64,000 nt of DNA, taken from the NCBI GenBank assembly GCA_964247055.1, contig OZ176056.1, forward strand, positions 6,882,001 through 6,946,000, read 5' to 3'. Positions 14,401 to 27,000 of the stretch are shown here, one piece after another. The translations under genes and the position numbers were made by a program. The notes beneath the pieces were generated by a model. The model saw nothing but the letters and a program-made list of their open reading frames with translations. It was not told the origin of the DNA and searched no databases. The DNA is from Paragordius varius (Eukaryota; Animalia; Nematomorpha). Position 1 is the first letter of the stretch, and each line of letters starts with the position of its first letter.

Positions 14401-15198
14401 CAGATATTGGATGTTTGAAGCTTTTCAAAAATTCTTGCGTTATTTCATGGGGTTGATTGTTTGAAACGTCGGTAAATTGATTGAAGCTCCTTGTGATGTC
14501 TGGTAATTTGGATGACAAATCGTTTAAAAGTTTTTGCACATTTTCAACAGTATATGGTCCAGATGTAGGAGACAAATCATTTGTAAAACCCTTGACACTC
14601 GCTGGATTTGAGGTGTCTCCATTAAAAATGACGCCAGTATTTTTTGACCGTTGAGTGGATGTAGCTTTTATCAATTCATCTAAAATATAATCAGAATTAA
14701 TAAATTTGATAAAATATGATTACCTTTCAATTTTTCAATCAAATGGGTGTTGTTTAAGAGCTGGCATTCTAACATATCCGATGAAGAGGAGGAGGGAAAC
14801 GTTAATTTTTTACCCAAATTTTCAGTTTTTTTGCCTGTTGTGGTAAAATTATCCTTGTTGTTAGATAAGTCTGGAAAAGCGAAACGAGTTTGGGTTAATG
14901 GCATCGGCTTTCTAAGAACCACGACTTGATTTTTGCTCGTATCTTGAAGATTATGACTATTGTGACCTTTGGTAGAATCCTTTGGAGCCGGGGAATTCGG
15001 CGAGCCACCTCCCGAGCTTATGTTGGTGGATGTAGTTAAATCATTCAAAGAATGAGAAGTCGATTTAAAACTTTTATTGCTAGAGAGTGGAGATGATGAC
15101 GTATTTACGACCCAGGAATGCGAAGTAGTGGAAAGATCCCTGTATATATTCCATTCGGATTTCGTATCCGTCGTTATATAATTATTGCTGGCAGTTAA
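5440..15198 (-). CDS. CPEB1: Cytoplasmic polyadenylation element-binding protein, CPEB1/Orb type (long low-complexity N-terminus, 2 RRMs, ZZ zinc finger); start codon unresolved
   Basis: Exons 15198-14724, 14679-13843, 13617-13475, 12884-12581, 11219-11076, 10450-10214, 9849-9565, 8980-8777, 7610-7483, 7048-6850, 6491-6397, 6019-5815 and a tentative last exon 5471-5440 are all GT-AG and phase-consistent (3288 nt). Motifs: [94 protein letters not shown]. These are CPEB1-subfamily rather than CPEB2-4. Confidence 0.95.
7631..8199. mobile_element. Two adjacent degenerate copies of the CCATTT/21-bp-array foldback-like element (subfamily A) in a CPEB1 intron
   Basis: About 7631-7916 and 7936-8199. 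Left arms carry ttcaaattaacccttaaacaa-type units and right arms the inverted units. The internal segment is shared with the other copies. A third copy lies at about 9291-9519, ending aaatgg|tata. Confidence 0.7.
11247..11505. mobile_element. Tc1/mariner-type MITE with CAGTAAAAAT termini
   Basis: TIRs are cagtaaaaatggtatttatatacagacaaaatgtaa and ttacgttttgtctgtataatttcaatttttactg. A second full copy is at 62272-62548 (TA-flanked) and a right end at about 50790-50824. Confidence 0.7.
11674..12055. mobile_element. Foldback-like non-autonomous DNA element, subfamily A (best-preserved copy)
   Basis: Termini are ccatttacagttcaaattcaccc and gggtgaatttgaattgtaaatgg. About 6 tandem ~21-bp units (ttgaacaattcaaattcaccc) lie on the left and about 4 inverted units on the right. 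No coding capacity. Confidence 0.85.
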
Positions 15199-15924
15199 CT
15201 AATATTTCACATAACAATATATGGCCGATATCTAAAAATTATCCCTTTTTACACAACAAAACTAACAAAAATAGCAAAATATAACCATTATTCATTGATG
15301 TGTGGAATCGTCTGCCTCGTTTTTTCCTGTTTATATTATTGATGCAAAATAAATTTGAAAATAACAGGTTTCAAAGTTGAATTCGTTGAAAAGAAATAAC
15401 TATCAAGTATAAACCGTGTAGATAAACAGTTAATAGGAATCAATTAAGATCAATTTGTCGCAAATTGGGGACATTACATCTCTTAAATTGGTTAATTGTT
15501 TATATATATATATATATACTTCACAGTAGTTAAATATTGTTGACTTTAGAGCTAAATTGATGAAATATCAAATGAATAAAATATTTTTACCAACTTTACT
15601 AAAGGATTCAAAACAGTGAACCATCCACCAGTTATATTTTGTAAGGAAAAACAAGGTTAAAAAGCTTTATAATTTGACTATTCAAATGAGCCTAATTCTA
15701 ACTTACAACACGAAAATAAATTAATATAATATTGATAATTTATTTCTGAATATATTAATTAAAAAAATTATAATATATTCTAGTACTGAATTCTAATTTC
15801 TTTCCAAATTGATTATATATAATTAAAAAGATGGATATAATGAGCTAGAAGTAATAATGGAATATATTAAAAGATGTTCCCATATATAAGGTGGTCTTTA
15901 TTAATTATGTGCATATTGCCCCAT

Positions 15925-18900
15925 TTAGTTTTCAAAGTTTTGTTTAATAAGCCGTATAGTTTCTCGAGTATTTCGTAGCGCATTTATTTCTGTCCGGTAT
16001 GAAACAATGGCCATCCAAACGTGATAACATATCACTGCATACAAGTTTAATCGTACAATCTAAATTTTTATATGTAAATATTTATTAAAAATGAAAACCA
16101 AGTTAAAATCACAAATTTAACAGATATGGTGAATTAGTTTTTAATTTGGGTCAAAATAAACCTAATATTTTTATTTTCCTACATTTCGTCTAGAAGACGT
16201 CCCAAAATATGGCGGTAGAAATATTGTTTATGATATCGTTCGTTCAATTTTTTGTTTAACCTAGGGTATAAAAACAACAATTAAATAATTACAAGTTAAC
16301 TATTTTTTATATTTTTAAAGAGGAGTAGATAATAAATAGATAAACAAATGTGTAGATGTTACGCGAAAACAAATGTGTCCAATTAAGTAACTTACTAACA
16401 TTATTTCAATTTCTATTAATTGATCTCTGAAAGTTTGAGAATTTTTCAAAATTAAGTCCTTATATTGGTGTATTTTGCATAATCTATATTTTTGACCCGC
16501 AAATTGCAAAAGTGATATAAATCAAACCATTTAAAATGAGTTATAAATAAGAAAAAATTACTCATTTAACATAATAAATAATAATAATAAACTATAATAC
16601 CATTAATGTTATGTTACACGCCGTACGATTTAATTGATGTAGAAATACGTGTGATAAAATCCAAAAGATACAATCTTCATACACGAATGTAAGTAACAAG
16701 AGAACCAATAAACCCAAACCCCAACATTTGTAATGTAAAGTCTCTTGATCTGTGCGTTCCATAGCACGGCATAATATTTGATCGGTTGCATGTAAATACG
16801 GCATTTCATTTTCTGATTTAGTTGGGGAATTTACCTTATCTGTATAATTGATATAATATATCAAAAAAAATTTGGTATAAAATATAAATATTACTACTAA
16901 AAATTTGATCATTTGCATGTGTAAATGTAGCATTCATACATAATTTTCATTTTTTTATTTATAGGACTAACGTTATTTGTAATTAAACTAATTTCTGTTT
17001 TTTAAGCACATTTATATTAAAATTAAATATAAACCAATAAATTTTAAGGGTACAAATGTAAAACTATTTTAGACCACTGCAAAAAAAGTTAACATAAAGA
17101 GATGATTAATATATACCATTTGCACTTCAGGAGTTCCTTGAACACTTCAAATAGGTCCTTGCACATTCCTGTTGGTCCTTGAACAATTCAAGTTGGTCCT
17201 TGAACAGTTCAAGTTGGTCCTTGAACAATTCAAGTTGATCCTTGAACACTTCAAGTTGGTCCTTTGACTTTATTGTTTTGTTTTGAACTTTTATCAATCA
17301 AATCGTAAATAATTCATCTATTTTATTGTTTTTAACCTATTTTCTATTATTTAACATAAATTTTGTATCGATATCAATTTTTAATCTTTGATAAACCGTA
17401 TACCTTTATTAATTTCTTAAAATAATTTTGGATATTTCTAAGATTTTAGCATGAAATGAAAAAATATATAAGTTTTTTGGGTTATTAATTAAAATTTTTC
17501 ATTAAAAACATTGAAAATTTTTAAATGAATAAATATATAATAAATAAAAAAAATTAGGTTAATTAATAATAAAATAAATGCAAAAATTATGGTTAAATTA
17601 AAATTTATAAATTTTAAGGACCAACTTGAACTGTTCAAAGACCAACTTAAATTGTTTAAGGACCAACTAAAATTGTTCAAGGACCAACTTGAAGTGTTCA
17701 TGGACACTGTTGAAGTGCAAATGTTATATTTAAAAAAGTGAGATGATAATATATTAAATATATCACCCCCCCCCCCCCCCCCCCCCAAAAAAATAATTTT
17801 AAACAAATCATTATTTATAGGGTATTCAATAAAAGTGATCTACTACTATACCATTTACAATTCATTCACCCTAAAAATACATTATGTGTTTTCGGGCTAA
17901 TATAACTCATTATTATGAAATTTATCTTTATGGCTAAGTTTATTATTTTTTCAGTATTCTTTTAAGTACAAACAAAATTTCTATTTTTCAAAAGTATAAA
18001 AAATATAGGTACTATTTAATCTAAAAAAACACAATTTATTTTAGGGTGAATATGAATTGTTCAAGGGTGAACTTCAAGTGTATGCGAAAATATTTTTAGC
18101 GTAAATGTATACATAGACAAATATATACTGTTTAAATGTGTTAATTGATTCACATCGAGCGTGTGAAAGGTAGCTATGACCCCTTCATGATCTGATAAAC
18201 TAATGTTTTTGCCCTTAGTGTCGTGTTCACAACAAAATTTGGTGTCCAATATATGACAATCAGTGCAAACTAAATAAATCGTTGTAAATAAAGTTAAATT
18301 GTGAATATAACATACTATACCAAAATCATAAAAATCCTTTAAAACTGACTGTTAGTTAATATATTTATCTCCTAAAAATGACTGGGCCTTAACTTAAGAC
18401 CAGGAATCAAAAACCCGCAATTACAGCCTTTTTAAACTTTTAAAACAAAAATACCTAGGTTTTTGATTTTTTAACAATATTTTAATCTAAAATTCATTTT
18501 TACATATTTTCAAAGAGAAGAAATATGAAATTATTAATCCCCTTAATTAAGTTTATGTATTTAAAAATTAAAAAATTGAGATCCAGATTTAAAAAATATC
18601 ACTCAACTGGAAATATTTTTTTTTTACAAAATTATCAATTTGAAACCGGAGTAATAATCGAAAAAAATTGCAAAAACGATAAAATAGTTTTAGGTAATTT
18701 AACCCCTAATAATGCGTTCAAAACAGCTGTTAGAACAATTTTATTACTTAAAACTAAAAAAAACAGAATATCATTATTCGATAAAATCACATAAAAAACT
18801 CCAACATAAAATACAATATATAAATTTTTAGATAACCTAAATCATTTGGATGATACATGATATAATCAAGAATTTGTCCAAACTGTTCTCCCCTTTGAAC

Positions 18901-20931
18901 GGAAGAATTGGTATTAGAAAGAGAGCGAGGATTGAAAAACGACAACAACACCCGAGTTAAATATTGTCCTTTTATTCGATCAAATATACGCTGAGAATAC
19001 TTATCGTTATGGCCCGTAAAAGAATTCGATGGGTGTAAAAATGTTGACCAAGATTTACTCAATCTTAATTCATCACTGTAGTTAGTAGAGGAATCGGTTG
19101 AATGCAAAAATGGTCTATTGATTAATGTATATCAACGTGGTTTTAGATTTAAATTTTTAATATGTATATATAACCCGTAAGTCAATTAAAAACAACACTA
19201 ACAAAAATTTGAATCCTATCATTTTCAAACAATGAGATAATATTGATATTGTATTAAAATTTTATTAAACATTTATATGTGGATTTTATGCCATTCCAAA
19301 AAGGCATATTGTCATTTTTTGCGCAACAAAACTTACTAACCCATTTTCATTTATTTATAATAGTGCTTTCAGAAAAAAGTGATCAAACTTAAACTATTAC
19401 AATTCAAACCAAATAAAAAAATACTTTTCTTCTATTAAATTCGATGAAACATTTGAATGGTGATAATTATTTTGGTTATTATTATTATTATTGAACGTAT
19501 CTTGAAGTCCAGTCATCTCTTTAATAAGGCGTATGGGTAGTTCCCAAGGTTGAGAATTAAGATCACCAGCTAAAATTATATTAGGATGATGCTTAAGTGA
19601 TGATTTTTTATCAAATCCAACCGGTAGTGGTATGTTAAATGTTACACGTATAAAATTTGCAATCTCAAATGCTTGAACTAATCTATGTACGGCGTATATA
19701 TCGCATGAGCTCTCATAAACTTTTAACCAATTCATAACGACAGTAGTATTGATAGTTTCTAATACCAAAGGTTCACATTCGGACAAGCCAATAGGATTTA
19801 AATTGGCATCATAATTTGCTATGGTCTACAAATTCAAATGATATATAAAACGAATTTCAAAATAAAATTGTTAAAATTGCAAGTAACTATAATGTTTATA
19901 AGGAATGATATAACATTTAATTTATAACTATTATAATACTTCATAACTTTTTAACTTAATACCAAATTTCGCAATCTGGGAATGAAATAAAAATGGTATT
20001 CTGTTATTAATATCAATTGCTGACAATCTATACAAATAGGGTTAAAATTTGTCCATGATAAACAATTAAATATATTACTAAATTTAACACAATCAATATT
20101 TAATCATATTATCTAAATATTTTAAAATTCGTACAAGATTAAATAATTGAAAGATAAAGGGATATACTATTAATATAAAAAAAGATTTAAATTAGAAAAA
20201 CTAAATAATATTAAACATGCTTACATGAGTAAAATAAAAGTATAGCAATCGATTTTGTGGGAGTTGAATAATAGAAAGGGCTAAACATTTCCCCCCAAAC
20301 CAATCACCGTGCCATACTTTATGAGCGCGGCCATTCAGAGAAAACGTGTGCATAAGAGTATTTACGATTGGCCATCGTGAGAAAATACATAATCCACTTC
20401 CTATAACACCACTATTTTTATTTTCAATAATGCAAAAATTAACAATTAAAGAAGAGCGTTAAAATTGTAATATAAGATTAAACAATAAATTTTGATTTAT
20501 ATACACTAATACATATGGGACGTTTATTGTTTCAATGTGCTTGTTAAAAATTGTTTTTAACGAAATATATTTAATAATATACTTAAAAAATATTAAATAA
20601 AAAAATTCATCATTACCTCAAAAACTCTACCGAGTAAACGTTAAAATTTTAAGTATCTTACCTATAAAAATAATGGCAATATGGTAGGGAATCTTCACTC
20701 CATTGACAAAGAGCCTTATAATCTTCATTGGACCAAACCTTGTTAGTTAAAGAAATAATTACTTCTTGTAAAGCTACAACGTCATATTTTCCTGAAGCTA
20801 ATTCCTTACCAATACTTGTAAATCTTTCTTTTCGATAAAAACTAATATATGGTATCCCCCTAAAATTTTATATATAGTTTAAAAAAATTGGCAAAATACC
20901 AGCAATTTTGAGTTAAAATTTTGAGCTGCAT
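15925..20931 (-). CDS. SMPD2: Neutral sphingomyelinase, SMPD2/nSMase1 (Isc1)-like, ~528 aa
   Basis: Exons 20931-20900, 20859-20763, 20738-20662, 20411-20225, 19825-19425, 19114-18837, 18269-18129, 16839-16601 and 16059-15925 total 1587 nt. Motifs: MQLKILTQNCWGIPY, VVALQE|VWS, SGVIGSGLCIFSRWPI, HGDWFGGK, FTH, ILAGDLN, LDYIMY, SLSDHEGV, C-terminal hydrophobic helices and EINAL. Confidence 0.92.
17116..17724. mobile_element. Foldback-like element, subfamily B (21-bp unit ttggtccttgaacaattcaag)
   Basis: Ends are tata|ccatttgcacttca and tgaagtgcaaatgt|tata. About 6 direct units lie at 17125-17260 and about 4 inverted units at 17615-17700. It sits in an SMPD2 intron. Confidence 0.85.
17851..18107. 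mobile_element. Foldback-like element, subfamily A
   Basis: Ends are tata|ccatttacaattc and gtaaatg|tata. It shares the internal segment (gtgttttcgggctaaatataactcatt) with the other A copies. Confidence 0.8.
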
Positions 20932-21070
20932 CGCATGTTTTCATAAAATCACTCGCTTCAATTCCATCTGAATAACACACGGTTAAGTGATCTAATCGTA
21001 TTCTATTTTTGTGGCGCTGCATATAAATCCAATTTTTTTCTTTGACGAAATATTTTAATTTCATAAGTAT
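20932..21070. promoter_or_regulatory. Inferred compact bidirectional promoter between SMPD2 (-) and WDR1 (+)
   Basis: Divergent ATGs at 20931 and 21071 are separated by 139 bp. A catataaat TATA-like motif lies at about 21020. Inferred from gene geometry only. Confidence 0.6.
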
Positions 21071-24000
21071 ATGGCACTTTCTCGCAAACGTTACGAATTA
21101 GGTAATATTATTTTAATCAATTTTCCAAAAATTAAATCAAAATCATTGTCTAAATTTTATTTTTGCTACAAAATATATAGAAAAAGTTTTTCCATGCCTA
21201 CCTAAAACCACACGTGGTCAAAGTATTGTTCTTGGTGGAGATCCCAAAGGCAAAAATTTTCTATACACCTATGGGAACAGTGTTATTATTCGTAACATTG
21301 AGGTATTTACAATATGTTTTTATGTAAAAATTTTGTTTTTTTTTCTTTGAAAATAAATATCGATTTTTACTTAAAAACTTGTGTTAACCGCTATCCGCTT
21401 CCCGTTTATCTTACAGCTGCTTTTTTATGTATAATTTATATTATAAATTCAATGTAAAAAATATTCTTTGTTTAGAGATGAGGAATTTTGTCGAAAAAAA
21501 TGGTGACAAATAGGATATCTGATACTTATAGATTGTTTCATGTCTTATCTCTATAATTTGTTTTGATATTCAGTTTTATTCAAAATTCTTTTGTTCCAGC
21601 AAAATTATATTTATATTTCGTTTTATAGATACATACAGGTATTGTCGAGCAGAAAAATGACCTAAAACATAAAAAAATGTGAATCACAATAGCACACAAT
21701 TATTATTACTTTTTTATTGTCATTTAATTTTTTTTTAAATTTAATTATATTTTAATTTTTTAAATGATACATATGTTTTTTGATGAATCAAAATTTAGAA
21801 AATTGTTAATTAAAATAACAATGAATGAATATTTTCAAAAAATAAAGCCGGTTCGTTACGTATAAATAAGATGCTATAAAAGTTAGTTGTAATTAATTTT
21901 ATTAGCGTTTATTTAATAACAACAATTGATCAATATATTTATTATTATTATTATAGTGCTATTAACATCGAGATTTTAAGGAATCAAATGTTTTTACCTA
22001 ATTTGTAAGAGAGGCAGGCATCATATGAATTTTAAATTGAGTTTTAACCATTATAATTATTTATATTAGAGTCATTCTTACGCTAAAATTGCATTTATAT
22101 ATTGCATCATATGATTTATTCTACAATAAATCGTTACACTTCGATTTAATCAATTTGGGATATCTAAAGACCCAAAAAACTGCATTTAAGTTTTTATTTC
22201 TACGGAAAGAAACGGTTGAAATTTAAATACATGCTTCTATCCTAACAAAATTATATAAATAAGCCAAAATATCCAAATAAAATTTAGTTGGAAAAAAAAG
22301 TTATATATCAAATTACGTTGACGCCATTTTTATTTTGCAACATTTTAGCAACAAAATATCGTTTTCATTAAATTTAACCGCTAAAATTAAAGCTAATTTT
22401 TTTTGAATCACATCTAACACTGACATATAACAGCAAAGGTGATTTATTATGTATATTTATATTTAGCCGAATTTATCCATAAAATAAGTAAAATCAAATA
22501 TATTTTGGTGCATACCAATGTTATATAAATACAATTTTAATGGTATTAATTTGCTCCATATTTTTTAAAAAAATATTTGATTTTGAAAAGGCCCTGGGGT
22601 CCTTAAAGACCCTAATTTGAATCGGGAGAAAATTAATATAATGATTCAAGTTTTAATGGAATTGGAACCGTTTTCATGTACGGTTATTAAATAAAAAATA
22701 GGATAATTGGAAATTAAAAAAATAAAACCGGAATTAAACCGCTGGATAGATAAAATTTCTTCCTATTACAAAAACGGTCCTTGTTCCATTCCCAACTATA
22801 TAATAAGGTCGGTTAATTCTAGTATAAATCTTTCATTTTACCTTACTTTGTGGTTTATATCAGAAATGTCCAAAACAAATGACTTCACTGGCAGCCACAT
22901 TCGAATTATATATATGGACATTCATATGTAATTTATAAGATTTCAAACATAAAACTAGAAAATTCAAACATAAAGCGATTTAATTTTTGCCAATTAAATC
23001 AGACTTAAGAAAAATGTTTAGGAAAAATTAAGATTTTCTAAGCATATTTTTATGCTTGTGATTGATTTGTTATTGATTAATTAACACTTTTTACTAATGG
23101 TTTACGGAATCACGTGAAATTCATACACATATGTTCATTTTATTCAATATTTTATTTTTCATACACTACTGAGTTGCCAATTTGCCCAACTATAGTGTGA
23201 AATAAGCAACCATTCAAATGCATACTGTGTACACTACAATTAACGATATATTATTAACCATTTCAATATTTTAATTGGCTAAAATGGAAATTTATATGTC
23301 ATATATTAGCTACATTATTTTTTATAAATAGTGTAACTACAAAAAAATAAAAAATCCAATCTCATACATGACTAACAGACATGTAGGTTTAATAACTCTT
23401 TTAGCCATTTAAAATACGGATAGCTCTCTTGAAACATGATATAAAATTGGTACCTTAGACACTTATTAAAAATTAAACTGAGAACCGGGCGAGGTTTTTT
23501 ATCAATCTTAATTTTTAATTGAATATTCCCGATAAATGTAGCATCCAAATAATAAAATTAATATACCATTTTTTTCAGTCAAAAACAACATTTTTTCAGT
23601 TAAAAACAACATTTTTTCAGTTGCCCCTGCTTGAAAAATGTTGCATTTGATAAAGAAATATTGTGCTTGATTGTTTGCTTGAAAAAATGTTGCTATGTTG
23701 CTTTTGACTGGAAAATGGTATAACTATATAATTTTATGGTTAAATTTTTTAAGACTAGATTCCTTAACCAAAAACGAATTAATTAATTAACGGATTATTG
23801 AATTAAAAAACCCAAATTATAGCGGGTAAAACGCAAAAACAGTTAGTTTTATATAGTCATTAAGGTTGTTTCATAAAGCTAAAAAACCATTTACAATTCA
23901 AATTCACCCTAAAAATAAATTGTGTTTTCGGGCTAATATAACTCATCATTAACATTACACTATCCATAGGGTGGAGTGAATAAAAAAAAGGAAACACTCT

Positions 24001-27000
24001 TTCCTTAGCTTTTTTAAGAGATTCCTTAATTTGGAGTGAATAAAAAGCTAAGGAAACCCTAAAAAAATTAACATTAGATTTTTAAGGAAACTCTTGTTTT
24101 CAAGTGAATAAAAAAATTTATTAAAGGAAACCCTACATATTTTTTAGGATGCTAAATACCATCCTTAAATATTTATAAATTTTATAACAATCGATAGTAG
24201 AGGATCAAACAAGGCAATTAGAGCTAATACGGTTTTAATATTAGATTCGATAAGTTTAAATTTGAATTTTCAAAGTTATTTTTATACATTTTAGATTTTT
24301 CTAGTATATTTGGAATACAGCGTAGAAACTAAATGTTTGCTCAACGATCTTAGATAAGAAACAAAAAAAGATATAAGAGAATCAATTATCTATGAAACAA
24401 ATTCTACGATTTAATAATCAAACAATAAACTTCATGACAAAATACTTTTTCCTGATTTCGATTAACGAACAAAACTCATTTCTTAGTATATGCAAGCCTC
24501 AAAAATATTAAGTCAATCAGTTTCTTAGTTATTCTTGCTAAATGAAAATTTGTATACAAACTATTATTTTATCATAAAAAAATGTATAAATAAACTTTAA
24601 TCTATTTATTATTTAATATAAAATGTGAATTAGATTGTCATAATAATTTAAAAATTCTTCCGATTCTGTGCGATCTTAAGGATTTAGGAATATTTCCTCC
24701 GATTTCGTGCGATCTTTTATGACAACGTTTCCTGTATTATTTAAATCATATTTTTTTGATTGAAGTTTTCATATCTATCGCTATATCTGATCTATATCAT
24801 AATAATTCTTTGTTTCTGTCAACAAATCATTTTGTAGATTTTTATATTCTTTTTTTGAATTACAATATACGGTACCATAGATTTGTTAAAAACTATGGGA
24901 TATCTAAAATATTAAATATTAAGTTACTTTGCAAGAAGAAGTCTCAATTTTTCATTAGGTACATTTATATCGGTTTTAGGCATGGTTTAAGGAAACTCGA
25001 GAGTTAATCAGATGTGTTTTTTATATGAATTATAAGGAAACCCTTTCTTTGAAAAAGTGAGCATAGGAAACACTTAAAGGGTTTCCTTTTTTTTATTCAC
25101 TCCACCCATAGTCTATTATTTTTTTAGCATTAACTTAATTTTAGCCAAAACATTTTATAAAAATATAAAAAAAAGTATGTAATTAAAAAAAACAAAATTT
25201 ATTTTAGGGTGCATTTATTGAATAGTTCAAGGGTAATTTTAAAGCGTAAAAGGTATATTTTATGTTTTAAGTTATGTTATGGAAAATATTGAAACTTAAA
25301 ATATTAGTGCAAACAAATGATTTGATCTTTAAACTGTTTATGATGTTAGAATTGTAGTTGTTATCACAAAATCATTCATTTTCTTGTAATTTTGTTTGAT
25401 ATCATTTTAGCTTGTTTAACGATTATACATATTGGATTTCATTTTATTTTTTTAAAAAAGGCGGCATTTTAACTTCATATGGCTAACATTCTAACCTTTT
25501 TTTCCGATATACCATATGAAAAATAAGATTGTAAATATAAAAAGTCGCAATCCAAACCATTTTCACCATGAAAAAAAAAACATTGAACCGTTTCGTTTGA
25601 AATCGTCTTTTTTCCTAAAATGTCCCTGATATCTAAACTTAGAATAACTAAAATATATTAAAATCCGGAGCTGTTTCTACATTTATTTATTATATTTAAT
25701 GTTTCTTATACTATTTAGCTTTATATATTACGTACGCCTTTATAGTTATTTTTTTTACTGTTTTATATTAATAATAATTATTTCGGTTTGTATATTTAGG
25801 ATCCATCACAAGTTGATATATACACTCAACATTCAACGGCGACAACTGTTGCAAAATATTCCCCAAGTGGATTTTACATTGCTTCAGCGGGTTAGATAAT
25901 TGATTATTATTCCAGAAAAAAATAATTAAACTGCGTAAATATATTTGGAGTTCACACGATTTAACGTATAATAAAATTATTTTGCACTAAGGAGAGACGC
26001 GTATTTTTGTGCGCAAAAATGAAATTATAATAATTACTTAATTCACATGTAAAATGCATTAAAAATGTGAATTCTCGTAACAATAATTTACATCTAAACT
26101 GGTCTAAAATCCTTCTATGTATGGCAATATCTTTACAATCATGATTGGTTAATTATAATTATAAACATAATAAATTTTTTATGAAATACACTATGATAGA
26201 TCAGTCTGGGAAAGTTCGGATTTGGGATACAATAAACCCTACGCATGTGCTTAAAAATGAATTTCAACCCTTAGCTGGTCCCATCAGAGATTTAGCTTGG
26301 TCCCCCGATAGTCAAAGACTCGTGGTAGTTGGTGAAGGAAAAGATAAGTATGTTAATTTTATTATGTCTGACAAAAATTTATGCACTCTAAAAAAATGAT
26401 AAATTTGATAAAACAAAACTGATATATTTTAAATATTTGGTCATTTAAATACTGTAAAGTAAAGAAAAACTAGAGTACAGTAAGTATGCATATTAATCTT
26501 GGTTGATTCACGTTAGTGTTGGCCAATCTCTAATAACAGTAGCGTATGATATAAAATAAACTTTGACCCTTATTAAATCCAATTTAAATGTTGAAAGATT
26601 GGGCAAAGTTGTAATTTTAATCACTTGTTCATCTTTTTTAAGCATATGCTACTGTGTATTTCCAATAGGAAAATTTACATTGTATACAACCTTCTAGGTG
26701 AAGAGTCAGTATATTTAGAAAAAAAATATATGGAATAAAAACTGTATTATGGCATTCACCCTAAAAAAGAATTTGATAAAAAAAATTATTTTTGTTTTAA
26801 ATTATTGGTTATAGTTAGGATAATACAAATGATTTTTTTTAATTCAAGGATTAAATATATTAGGTATTGTGTATTTTTATTTATTAAAATACTTATGTTA
26901 TATTATTTATGAATATATCTTTTTTTTGCATTCATAAAATTCAGAATCAATGTCATTGGCTAAAATATATATAAAATAAATATTTATTAAAATAAGGTTT

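Noticed and set aside
6852-14929. Plus-strand ORFs (6852-7046, 10249-10503, 12485-12790, 13452-13694, 13986-14201, 14747-14929)
   Set aside because: These are antisense shadows of CPEB1 exons with no independent coding signal.
17125-17260. 21-bp arrays as a CRISPR array or as heat-shock elements
   Set aside because: The units are contiguous with no unique spacers, the context is eukaryotic, and the GAA-N3-TTC spacing does not match the HSE GAA-N2-TTC.
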